Made by a program: the position numbers and the translations under genes. 64,000 bases of DNA from Eledone cirrhosa (Eukaryota). This document shows, piece after piece, positions 1-16,276 of the stretch; positions within the stretch are counted from its first letter, which is position 1, and every line of letters begins with the position of its first letter. The stretch lies in assembly GCA_964016885.1 (NCBI GenBank), contig OZ024740.1:205964001-206028000 (forward strand), written 5' to 3'. The notes below the pieces were generated by a model that was not told the DNA's origin, made no database searches, and saw only the letters and a list, made by a program, of their open reading frames with translations.

Positions 1-1
1 G

Positions 2-45
<44 letters not shown>

Positions 46-51
46 TATATA

Positions 52-1353
52 TCATCATCAACGTTTAACGTTCGTGTTCCACGCTTGCATGGGTTTGGAC
101 GGGGGTATTCCCACTTGAGGCAAGAGTGATTGTCTTGCTCGCATAGGACTGTCTGGCAGGTTTTCTACAGTTGAATGCCCTTCCTAACACCAACCACATT
201 TACAGTGTGGGTCTGGGAGGTTTTTACCGTGTTGCCTACGCGGCCACATTACAGCGTGGACTGTGTGTTTTTTTGTCATGACACCTACACGATCTCATTT
301 GTTTCGGCCTGGATGGTGTGGCACCAACATAACTTTACATAGGAGGGGGTGGTGGGACGGGGGTGTATTTTGTTAGAGATGCCTACTGGCTGTAGTAGGT
401 TTTACTATGTATTTAGGTAAGGCGGGTCTTCTCTATTACTGAGTACCGTCAAAGGTCTCGGTCCAGTGACATTGTCTTAGAACGGTGTAAGTGTGTGAGG
501 TCGGAGTTTATCAGCTCGTCCTAGGCTTTTCTAGGTCTGCCTATTCCGTGGCTACTGTCTATCTTTATTGCCCTGTACTTTGTTATACAGCTATCGACTT
601 TCATGCGCATCACGTGTCCATACCAACGTAGCCTTCTCTCGAGTAAACAACATCTGATCCCTCTTATTTCTAATTTTTTCTTTAGTTCGTTTATGCTTTG
701 CCGTTCACGTATATTACTATTACACATCCAGCGGAGCATGCAAGCTTCGTTCCTCTCTAGTCTGCGTATATCCTCTGCACACAATGCCCAGGTCTCACTG
801 CCATGCAACATTGCTGTTCGTATGCAGGCATCATACAACCTGCCTTTCATTTTTAGGGAGAACCCTTTAGCAGCTAATAGTGGTATAAGCTCTCTGAACT
901 TTTTCCATCCAGTTCTGACTCTAGCTACTGTACTTTCAGAGCACCCTCCCCCACTGCTGATTTTGTCACCCAGGTAACGGAAGCTGTCCACTATTTCTAT
1001 AGAGCCCTCTGCGCAGTTGTAAGAGCTAGTATTTTGTGGGCACTTGCTGCTACTTATTGCACCAGAGCACCGCCCACATGTAAAATCTATGTTCTTAGTT
1101 AGCTTACCTGTGATCCCACTACATCTTTTATGCACCCATACTTTGCATTTGGGACATAAAATGGAGTTTCTACCTACGCCTTTCCTACACACTGAGCATG
1201 GCCATTTCCCGGAAGGATTCTGGAGCCTTCCTCATTTCTAGTACCAAACCCATAGCCTCCATGGATTTTCGTCGTAGCCGTCACAATGTTGTCCAACGTG
1301 ACCATTTAGGTCGCCTGCAATAATTATATAGCCACTGTCGGTTATTTGGGAGG
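52..1353 (-). mobile_element. RTE LINE (family A), 5'-truncated and internally deleted copy with 3' UTR and (GAT)n tail
   Basis: ORF 521..1192 encodes an RTE C-terminus ([32 protein letters not shown]). The (CAT)n at 52-60 is the tail. 1215-1353 is the reverse complement of 1362-1499. Confidence 0.93.
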
Positions 1354-1361
1354 TAGCACTT

Positions 1362-3924
1362 CCTCCCAAATAACCGACAGTGACTATATAATTATTGCAG
1401 GTGACCTAAATGGTCACGTTGGACAACATTGTGACGGCTACGACGAAATCCATGGAGGCTATGGGTTTGGTACTAGAAATGAGGAAGGCTCCAGAATCCT
1501 GGAATTCTGTGACGCAAATAACCTAACTATCTGTAACACTTCAAAAAACGTGACAATCACCTGATCACCTATAGATCCGGGGAACACACAAGCCAGGTAG
1601 ATTATATCCTTACCAGAAGACGCGACAGAGTGTCTGTTGTAAACACTAAATCCCTCCCCCATGAAGAATGCACCCCCCAACATAGACTGATAATTAGCGA
1701 TTCATAGTCAGGACGAGACGTACTCGACAGCAGAAGAGGACTATCCTCAGGAGAAAAATATGGAAGCTAAAGGACCCCACAGCCAGAAATAAATTCCAAA
1801 GCATATTACTTGATGCTTTCGACAGTAAGGAAGAGCATTTAGAGTCGGACAATATAGAGGGACAGTGGGAATTCCTGAAGGCAAACCTGCTGATGGCGGC
1901 ACACGAAGTCTGTGGCTGGAGCAGGCCTGTAGGCAGGAGGAGAGTAACATGGTGGTGGAACAGTAAGGTGGAGGGGTCAATTAAGGCCAAAAAGCAGGCT
2001 TGGAAAGTATGGCGGGATGGGGGAAGTAGAGAAGACTATCAAGTGGCCAGGAGGGAAGCTAGGAGACAAGTGTACTTCGCAAGAAGGGAAGCAGAGGAAA
2101 GAAAGTTCAAGCATGTTCTACAACGCGAGGACCAAAAACGTGATGTGTTCAGGATTGCTAGGCAATGTGTCAAGGAAAACCGTGATATTGTCGGGGAGAA
2201 GTGTGTACTTAATGATGACGGCATACTTGCCATCACCGACACTGATAAGAAGGTAGCTTGGAAGTGTCCCTATGAAAGGCTACTAAATGAGGAGAATAAA
2301 TGGGAGAAAGACAGTCTCCCCCGCATCGACCCAATAGAGGGACCAGCAGTGTTAGTCGAGGGTAGTATAATAAGTAAGGCAATCAAGGATATGAAGACGG
2401 GTAAGGCGGCTGGGCCTTCGGAAATAGTTGCTGAGATGGTGAATGCATCTGGCACGGTGGGACACACCATGGTCACCCGGATAGTTAACCAAGTCGTACA
2501 GAATGGGGTTGTTCCGATGGACTGGCATAGCAGCATCATCGTTAACTGTTATAAGGGTAAAGGAGATGCCCTAGATAGGAGTAACTATAGAGGCATTAAA
2601 TTAATCGACCAGGTCATGAAGGTCACGGAAAAAGTAATAGCGCAACTAATCAGAGAGAGAATTGTCCTAGATGAAATGCAGTTCGGGTTTGTGTCAGGCA
2701 AAAGTACCACAGACGCTCTTTTCATTGTATGACAACTACAGGAGAAGTACCTAGCTAAAAGTAAACCCCTCTACTTAGCTTTTGTCGACTTGGAGAAAGC
2801 CTTCGACAGAGTCCCCCGTTCCATTATCTGGTGGGCCCTTAGAAAACTAGGTGTCGACGAATGGCTTGTGAGAGCTATACAAGCCATGTATAAAGAAACA
2901 GTCAGCAAGGTTAGAATTAACAACGAATATAGTGAAGAGTTTAGCGTAAAAGTTGGCATCCATCAGGGCTCTGTTCTCAGCCCCTACTATTTATTATTGC
3001 CCTTTAGGCTATAACAGAGGAGTTCAAGACCGGCTGCCCATGGGAACTCCTATACGCAGATGACCTAACACTCATAGCTGAATCAATGGCCGAGCTAGAG
3101 AAGAAATTCCAAACATGGAAGCACGGCCTAGAATCAAAAGGCCTTAAAATTAATCTGGCTTAGACCAAAGTTCTAGTTTGTAGGAAAGAAAATAAGGCGG
3201 CGGTCCCTTCCGGGAAGTGGCCATGCTCAGTGTGGAGGAAAGGCGTAGGTAGAAACTCCATTTTGTGTCAGAAATGCAAAGTATGGGTGCATAAAAGATG
3301 TAGTGGGATCACAGGTAAGCTAACTAAGAACATAGATTTCACATGTGGCCGGTGCTCTGGTGCAATAAGTAGCAGCAAGTGCCCACAAAATACTAGCTCT
3401 TTCAACTGCGCAGAGGGCTCTATAGAAATAGTGGACAGCTTCCGTTACCTGGGTGACAGAATCAGCAGTGGGGTAGGGTGCTCTGAAAGTACAGTAGCTA
3501 GAGTCAGAACTGGATGGAAAAAGTTCAGAGAGCTTATACCACTATTAGCCGCTAAAAGGTTCTCCCTAAAAACGAAAGGCAGGTTCTATGATGCCTGCAT
3601 ACGAACAGCCATGTTGCATGGCAGTGAGACCTGGGCATTGTGTGCAGAGGATATACGCAGACTAGAGAGGAACGAAGCTTGCATGCTCCGCTGGATGTGT
3701 AATAGTAATATACGTGAACGGCAAAGCATAAACGAACTAAAGAAAAAATTAGAAATAAGAGGGATCAGATGTTGTTTACTCGAGAGAAGGCTACGTTGGT
3801 ATGGTCACGTGATGCGCATGAAAGTCGATAGCTGTATAACAAAGTGCAGGGCAATAAAGATAGACGGTAGCCACGGAATAGGCAGACCTAGAAAAACCTG
3901 GGACGAGCTGATAAACTCCGACAT
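1362..3924 (+). mobile_element. RTE LINE (family A), disrupted APE-RT ORF, cut off at the 3' side by the (TA)n tract
   Basis: APE motif IAGDLNGHVG; RT motifs YKGKGD, NYRGIKL, QFGF, DLEKAFD, GIHQGSVLSP, LYADD; several stops and frameshifts. Confidence 0.95.
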
Positions 3925-7875
<3,951 letters not shown>

Positions 7876-8760
7876 AGTATTGAAATTTCCGTTGAAAACA
7901 GAAAAGGTCATAGAAGTGAAGAGTGCTCTATGTAAGTATCAGAGCAAAATTTAATGTATAAAAATTAATACAATATAATTACCTCATTACCAGAGGTTTC
8001 CCGAATGAGGCGAATACGAAAGAAACGTCTTCATTCGTTCGTCAGACGAGGCAATATAAAACATGGGTAAATACTTGGAAAGTCTCATCAAGAAAAGCAA
8101 AAAAACAAAAAAACAAAAAAGATATAGACAAATGAATTAGAATATGAAATATATAATAATCTTTCAAGAAAAATAGTTAGGTGTGTGTATATGTATGTAT
8201 ATACGCTCACAGATGTGCATATATGTGTATGCACATATGTATACGTATAGTGAAAAAGTGTGCGTAAATATATAATTTAGGGCAAATGTATCTGTATGTC
8301 TGTAATCTACAGGCAGAATAGATACATCATAAGAATATGAAGGCACGCACATAAACACACCTACACATACGTACACTTGGATGCGGAAGTAAAAGAGGTA
8401 AGGGAGTGTAATAATTAAAGGAAAGTATCAATCTCGATATATTTATAAAAATGGAACAATAATTTAGAAAGAAAAAATTAAAGAAAAGAAGACAAAAAAG
8501 GTACATACATATACACACACGTATATCTCACATAAGAAACGCAAAAATATACATGCTTATATATACACGCACACTTACACATCCATACGTTCGATACGTA
8601 CACACACACGCACACACACACACATACTTACACTCACGCATATTGACCTGTTTGCATGCACACGCATAAAAATGAGTAAGTAAAAAAAAGGGGGGAAGAA
8701 AAAAGGAACAAAACATAAAACCTAGATGTAAAAACACGGATATAAAGACACATACACATA

Positions 8761-8799
<39 letters not shown>

Positions 8800-9370
8800 G
8801 CACGCGCGCGCACATACGTAGTCGCTCATGTACATATATAGAAGGTATACACACATTAAGGCGTTCAGCCACATTGATACAGGGTGTAAAAAACTTGTGG
8901 ATAAGTAAGTACAAATATAAAATTATAAAATTGTAAGATTGGCTGCGCAAAAATAAAAAATAAAAAATAAAAAATAAAATAAATCTGGAGTGGAAAACAC
9001 AAATGACAATTATAATCAGTTAGTGAAGGAAATAGGGAAGTAAAAAAATGGAAAGTGAAAATATTAGGTAAGTGAATCGGAGAATAAAGGGGGGGGGGGG
9101 TTATTGGTGGATGTGAAGTAAAAATAAAAAAATAATAATATATAAAAATAAAAATAAATGAAATTAATAAGGATAAAAATGAAAGTTTATCAGAAAAGGT
9201 AATTATAAAGAGAATAATAAGGGTTTATGGAGGATAAGTGTCTGAAAGTGTGTTAAGCTTATATGAGCTGGAAAGCAGGTGTGATTTCATGTGTGGGCAA
9301 CTGGTGAAAATTTCCGTCTTTGTGTTCAGGCAGGTCTTTGGTGATTTTAGATTTTGCAATATCCAATATT
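7876..9370 (-). mobile_element. Penelope-like element 1: ORF C-terminus plus 3' region (pLTR-like) containing a hammerhead
   Basis: Minus strand 9370-9225 reads YWILQNLKSPKTCLNTKTEIFTSCPHMKSHLLSS, matching the LN...E....C.H...LL tail that follows GIY-YIG in PLEs. A HHR lies downstream on the same strand. Confidence 0.7.
7978..8055 (-). ncRNA. Minimal type I hammerhead ribozyme motif (PLE-associated)
   Basis: Minus strand: AUUGCCUCGU-CUGACGA-a CGAAUGA...UCAUUCG g-GAAA-CC UCU GG-UA-AUGAGGUAAU. 10-bp stem I (2 GU pairs), intact core, GUA cleavage triplet, A.G at 10.1-11.1. Confidence 0.75.
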
Positions 9371-9880
9371 GACGGAAATTTTCACCAGTTGCCCACACAT
9401 GAAATCACACCTGCTTTCCAGCTCATATAAGCTTAACACACTTTCAGATACTTATCCTCCATAAACCCTTATTATTCTCTTTATAATTACCTTTTCTGAT
9501 AAACTTTCATTTTTATCCTTATTAATTTCATTTATTTTTATTTTTATATATTATTATTTTTTTATTTTTACTTCACATCCACCAATAACCCCCCCCCCCC
9601 CCCTTTATTCTCCGACTCACTTACCTAATATTTTCACTTTCCATTTTTTTACTTCCCTATTTCCTTCACTAACTGATTATACTTGTCATTTGTGTTTTCC
9701 ACTTCGGATATATTTTATTTTTTATTTTTGCGCAGCCAATCTTACAATTTTATAATTTTATATTTGTACTTACTTATCCACAAGTTTTTTACACCCTGTA
9801 TCAATGTGGCTGAACGCCTTAATGTGTGTATACCTTCTATATATGTACATGAGTGACTACGTATGTGCGCGCGCGTGCGT
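8798..9880. repeat. Long inverted repeat: arms 8798-9318 and 9371-9880, 52-bp spacer
   Basis: Arms are reverse complements with scattered substitutions and indels. Confidence 0.95.
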
Positions 9881-9935
9881 ATATATATATATATATATAT
9901 GCACGCAGTCCTATATATATATATATATATATATA

Positions 9936-10045
9936 CGCCAGACAGTCCTATGCGAGCAAGACAACCACTCTTGCCTCAAGTGGGAACACCCCCGTCCAAA
10001 CCCATGCAAGCGTGGAACACGGACGCTAAACCTTGATGATAATGA
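9936..10045 (+). mobile_element. RTE family A 3'-terminal fragment inside (TA)n
   Basis: Matches the reverse complement of ~55-158; ends in GATGATAATGAT; (TA)n on both sides. Confidence 0.85.
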
Positions 10046-10083
10046 TATATATATACATATGTATATATATACATATATATATA

Positions 10084-11080
10084 TCATCATCATCATCATC
10101 ATCATCATCACCGTTTTACGTCCGTTCTTCCACGCTAGCATGGGTTAGACGGGTTGTCCTGTTGTGGGCAGTGTCTGGTCGGCTGACCATGCCTTGCTCA
10201 TACAGGAACTGATCTGGCTTGATTTCTACAGCTGGATGCCCTTCCTAACACCAACCTCATTTACAGTGAGTGCTGGGTGCTTTTTCGTGGCGCCTACACG
10301 TCCACTTTACGGTGTGGGCTGGGTGCTTTTTTGCCGTGGCACCTCCACGACCACCTTGCGGTGGGGGGGGGGGGCATATTGTTTATATGCTTCAGCATGT
10401 ACCCATGGGAGGTCGGGTACCCTGTATTACTGCGTGACGCCAGAAGTCACGGTCGTGTGTCATTGACTTTGAGAGGTGTAGTTGGGTAAGGTCGGCTTTT
10501 ATCACCTCATCCCAAGTCATCTTGGGTCTCCCCACTCCGCGGTTTCCATCAACTTCTAGTGCTCTGCACCTTTTTATGCAGCTGTCATCCTTCATACGCA
10601 TCACATGTCCATACCAGCGTAACCGCCTCTCCTGCACGCAGCATTTGATTCCTCTTATGCTCAGTCTCTCTCTCAATTCATTTATGCTTTGTCGTTCACG
10701 TATATTACTGTTACACATCCATCGGAGCATGCAGGCTTCGTTTCTCTCTAATCTACGTAGGTCTTCCACCTTCAGCGCCCAGGTCTCACTACCATGCAAC
10801 ATCGCTGTTCGGATACACGCATCATACAGTCTGCCTTTCATTCTGAGGGAGAAGCCTTTTGCAGCTAGCAGTGGTAGTAGTTCCCTAAACTTCTTCCATC
10901 CCGTTCTTACCCTAGTTATTGTACTTTCTGAGCACCCACCTCCGTTGCTAATTCGGTCACCTAGGTAGCAGAAGCTGTCTACTGTTTCTACAGGGCCCTC
11001 CCAGAGATTGGTGGTACTTGTTTCCTGTGGCTGTTTGCTTGCTGTTTCAGCACAGCTGCTGCATGTGAATCCTACATTCT
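10084..11080 (-). mobile_element. RTE LINE (family B), 3' fragment with its own 3' UTR and (GAT)n tail
   Basis: ORF 10392..10841 encodes an RTE C-terminus; the UTR differs from family A; (TA)n on both sides. Confidence 0.92.
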
Positions 11081-11097
11081 TAATATATATATATATA

Positions 11098-13840
11098 TTA
11101 TCATCATCATCATTTTACGTCCGCTCTTCCCTGCTTTCAAGGGTGGGACGAGTCTTATTCAGCACAGTGACTCTCCACTTATCATGGTCCTTCATCTCCA
11201 CCGTGAGCTTCAATGATCTGAGGTCTGTTCTCACTACCTCCGCCCATGTTTTTCGTGGTCTACCTCTACCACGTCTTCCTTCAATTAGCATTTCCTGGCA
11301 GTTCTTTACCCATCGGTCATCCTCCATGCGCATCACATGTCCATACCACCTCTGTCTCCTCTCCCGTACACTACATTCTATCCCTCTCAGACAAAGTTTC
11401 TCTCTCAACATATTCATGCTGGGTCGTTCACGCACATTGACACTGCACATCCAACGGAGCATGCTTGCCTCATTTCTCTCCAGCCGTCGCATATCCTCTG
11501 CAGTTGCTGCCCTTGTCTCACTTCCATGCAACGTCGCGCTCCTCACACAGGCATCATATAACCGACCTTTCGTACGCAGGCAGAAACCCTTCTTCGTCAG
11601 CAGAGGAAGCAGCTCCCTAAACTTCTTCCAACCCGTCCTTATTCTAGATACTATGGCCTCGGAACATGCTAATCTGATTTCCTAGGTACCGGAAGCTATC
11701 CACCACTTCTATTGCATCTGCCTGCATTTGAAAAATGTGTCTATCAATGCGACTTCTACTGTCTAATTTCCCTGTACATCTACTGCATACATATTTCTCC
11801 CTACCTGTTAGTTTGCCTGCTATCCCACTACATCTCTTGTGTACCCAGGATCTGCATTGTGTGCATTTTATAGAATTTATGCCAGTTCCTTTTCTGCATA
11901 TCGAACATGACCATTTCCCTGACGGAATCAGAGTTTTGTCCTCTTTTCTACTCATCAACACTTTTGTCTTAGCTAGGTTCACTCTCCGTCCTCTTGCTTC
12001 CAACTGCTGTTTCAATAGCCAGAATTTATTCTCTAGCTTCTCTACTGATTCTGCTATAAGAACCAGATCGTCAGCATAGAGAAGTTCCCATGGACAGCCA
12101 GTCTTAAACTATTCTGTTATGGCTTGGAGGACTATAATGAACAAGAGCGCGCTGAGGACCGAACCTTGATGTACTCCTACTTGCATCTGGAATTCCTCAC
12201 TAAACTCCATTCCTACCCTGACTTTACTGACAGTACCTCTGTACAAAGTTTGCACTGTCCTCACAAGCCATCCCTCAACACCTAGTTTCCTTAGGGACCA
12301 CCAGATGACAGATCGGGGTACCCTATCAAAGGCCTTCTCTAGGTCAACAAAGGCTAAGTGTAGTGGCTTATTTTTCTCTAAGTACCTCTCTTGCAATTGT
12401 CTCACCAAGAAGAGGGCATCTGTTGTACTCTTGCCAGGCACAAAGCCAAACTGCATCTCATCTAGTTTGACCCTTTCTCTAATTAGTTGTGCTAATATCC
12501 TTTCTGCCACTTTCATAACCTGATCCATCAGTTTTATACCCCTATAATTGCTCCTCTCCAGAGCATCCCCTTTACCTTTGTAGCAATTTATGAGAATACT
12601 GCTGCACCAGTCTTTGGGTATGACACCACCATATATAGCCTGATTGATGATGCGTGCAACCAGCTTAGTGCCTAGGTCCCCTAATGCCTTCAGCATCTCA
12701 GCAACTATTCCCGATGGTCCAGCAGCCTTACCATTTTTCATTTCCTTAATCGCCTCTTGGACCCTATATTCGTCAATCTCAATAGCTGGTCCCTCTGTTG
12801 GATCTACTGAGGGTAATTTCTCTCTCTCCCATTCGTTCTCCACATTCATCAGTCTCTCATAATGACATTTTCAGGCCTCCTTTTTCTGATAATTCGTGAC
12901 ACTAAGTACACCGCATCGTTCCGGACACATTTATCTCCAACAACATCCTGATTTGCATTGACACACTGCCTTGCAATGTGGAACACTGCACGCCTCTGAT
13001 CTTCCCGTCGCAGAACATTAGCAAACCTCCTACTCTCAGCTTCCCTGCGTGCTAAATGCACCTGACGTCTAGCTTCTCTATTAGCGGCTGTATATCTTTC
13101 CCTACTGCCACCCTTTTTTTCCAAGCTTTCCATGCTAGTCTTTTGTCTCTAATGGCCTTATCTACTGTGCTGTTCCACCATGAGGTCACTCTCTGTCTGG
13201 TTGGAGCTCTGCTCCAGCCACAAGTTTCATCAGTAGCCTTCAGTAAGTTGTAACGTAAGAAATTCCAGTTATTATCTATGTCATACGTCTCTAAATCGTC
13301 TTCTTTTTCATCATACACATCTTGAAGGGCTTTCCTAAATTTGTATTTTAGTGAAAGGTCTTTTAGCTTCCAGACTTTTCTTCTCCACACCTTCCTGTAT
13401 GTCTCATTCTATCTCTTGCTTACTGAGATATCATTAACGACTAACCTATGAGGTGGGGTAAATTCTTCCCCAGGGTATGCCTTCGTATTAGACATTATCT
13501 GCCTGTCCTGCTCGCTGCCTAACTAGTAAGAAGCCAATCTGGCTTATGTGCTCACCAGATTTGTAGGTTATTAGGTGGTTGGCAGGTTTCTGGAAGTTAG
13601 TGTTGCAAATAATCAGTGTACTTGCATCACAAAATTCAAGAAGTCTCACACCTTCTTAATTTCTTGAGCCGTAACCGTGCCCACCATGTACCCCAGTGTA
13701 ACCATCCTGGAGCTGTCCAACATGACCATTGAAGTCCCCTGCTAGCATAACAATGTCTCCGTCCTCTGTCATTGCGGTTGTTTGTAAAAGTTGCTTGTAA
13801 AAGCAGTCTTTCTCATCTTTGCCTAGGCCTGCTTGGGGAG
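11098..13840 (-). mobile_element. RTE LINE (family C), disrupted APE-RT ORF with essentially no 3' UTR
   Basis: ORFs 12109..12849, 11644..12015 and 11115..11546 carry RT and C-terminal motifs; AGDFNGHVG near 13720-13745; the stop is followed directly by (GAT)n. Confidence 0.94.
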
Positions 13841-13904
13841 GATCTGTTTTTTGTTATTGATAGTATCTAACCAGAGCTCTGTGTCTAGTAGGGTATAAAA
13901 TTAA

Positions 13905-15138
13905 CCCTTAAGGAACATATTTTCAAATTTAATGGAAAAACAAGAGGAGGGAGCAGCCATTGGTGTTAGCATTGCAGGTGACATAGCTAAGCTATTCATG
14001 GTATGGTGGGACAATAGACTTAAATTTAAACTTAAAGAACAATTAGAAGACAGCAACCTCTTAACCCTGATAATGTACTCCCGCTACGTTGATGATATAA
14101 ACATCATAGTAAAATCACCCCCACTAGAGAACAGTCAGGTATTAGAGAAAAACACCAGGGAAAGCATCCAGCAAATAGCTAACTCCATCCACCAGAGTAT
14201 TAGAGTTACTATAGACTACCCAAGCAAACACCCCAACCATCGATTACCTGTACTAGACACAGAGCTCTGGTTAGATACTATCAATAACAAAAAACAGATC
14301 CTCCATTCCCATTATGCCAAACCCATGACTTCCAAATATCTGATCCACCGAAACTCAGCTGTTTCGGATCACACCAAAATCAACATACTGATTGCGGATT
14401 TGGTTCAGGTGATGAGAAACGTGTCCCGCATGTGCAACCCCAAAGAACTAGAGAGACACATACAACACTTCATCCACCATATGCAGTTTTCTGGTTACAA
14501 CCAGAGAGATAAGATCAGAGTATATAGAGGAGCCAGAACCAAATGGGAAAAAATGGTAAATAATGACACAAATGGGACTTGCCCCTTGTATAGGAGCAAA
14601 TTTTGGAATAGAATAGAAAGAACTAGGAATAAGGTTAATAGAATAAACTCATGGTATGATAGCAATAAATACCAGAGTGTAATGTTCATCAATACAACCC
14701 CTAGAGGTGAATTAGCTTACAAATTCAGAAGGGCCCTAGATAAACATAAACTCAATATTAAGATAGTAGAAAGACAAGGTACCTCCATAAAACACTTATT
14801 AGCAATACATACCCTTTTCAAAGACCTCCCTGTATAGATAAGAAATGTATAATCTGTAAACTAAGCCCCCATATTAACTGTAAAACTAGAAATGTAGTAT
14901 ATAGCATAAAATGTACTGAAGGACAATGTACTGATAAGAATATAGTGTACATAGGTGAGACAGCTCGTAGTATAGGGGAACGGATAAATGAACACTGGCG
15001 AGAGCTTCAAGATAGTAAAGAATCATCTGTACTCTACCAACATGCTAAAATAGAACATAAGGGTAAATTAAAGAACATAGAAATAAAAATAGAATCTACA
15101 CACAGAAAAGACGCAATGTTTAGACAAATCACAGAGGC
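13905..15138 (+). mobile_element. Penelope-like element 2: RT (partial) plus GIY-YIG endonuclease, frameshifted
   Basis: QEEGAAIG..IA..FM, YSRYVDD and LPVLD in 13932..14837; after a frameshift, CKTRNVVYSIKC...VYIGETARSIGERINEH...RQITEA. Confidence 0.92.
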
Positions 15139-16276
15139 ATCATCATCATCATCATCATCATCGTTTAACGTCCGTGTTCCACGCTTGCATGGGTTTGGAC
15201 GGAGGGTTTTCCCACTTGAGGCAAGAGTGGTTATCTTGCTCGCATAGGACTATCTGGCAGGTTTTCTACAGTTGGATGCCCTTCCTAACACCAACCACAT
15301 TTACAGTGTGGGGCTGGGAGGTTTTTACCGTGTTGCCTACACGGCCACATTACAGCGTGAACTGTGTGTTTTTTGACGTGACACCTACACGATCTCATTT
15401 GTTTCGGCCTGGATGTTGTGGCACCAACATAACTTTACATTGAAAGGGGCGGTGTGGATCGGGTGGGGGTGGTGGGACGGGGGGTGTATTTTGTTAGAGA
15501 TGCCTACTGACTGTAGTAGGTTTTACTTTGTACTTAGGTAAGGCGGGTCTTCTCTATTACTGAGTACCGCCAAAGTTCTCGGTCCAGTGACATTGTCTTG
15601 GTGAGGTGTAAGTGTGTGAGGTCGGAATTTATCAGCTCGTCCCAGGTTTACCTGGGTCTGCCTATTCCGTGTCTACCGTCTATCTTTATTGCCCTGCACT
15701 TTGTTATACAGCTATCGTCCTTCATGCGCATCACGTGACCATACCAACGTAGCCTTCTCTCGAGTAAACAACATCTGATCCCTCTTATTTCTAATTTTTT
15801 CCTTAGTTAGTTTATGCTTTGCCGTTCACGTATATTACTATTACACATCCAGCGGAGCATGCAAGCTTCGTTCCTCTCTAGTCTGCGTATATCCTCTGCA
15901 CACAATGCCCAGGTCTCACTGCCATGCAACATTGCTGTTCGTATGCAGGCATCGTACAACCTGCCTTTCATTTTTAGGGAGAACCCTTTAGCGGCTAATA
16001 GCGGTATAAGCTCTCTGAACTTTTTCCATCCAGTTCTGACTCTAGCTACTGTACTTTCAGAGCACCCTCCCCCACTGCTGATTTTGTCACCCAGGTAACG
16101 GAAGCTGTCCACTATTTCTATAGAACCCTCTGCGCAGCTGAAGGAGCTAGTATTTTTTTGGCACTTGCGGCTACTTATTGCCCCAGAACACCGGCCACAT
16201 GTAAAATCTATGTTCTTAGTTAGCTTACCTGTGATCCCACTACATCTTTTATGCACCCATACTTTGCATTTGGGAC
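15139..16276 (-). mobile_element. RTE family A 3' fragment inserted into PLE 2
   Basis: Near-identical to 52-1155; the (CAT)n tail starts right after the PLE codons QITEA. Confidence 0.93.
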
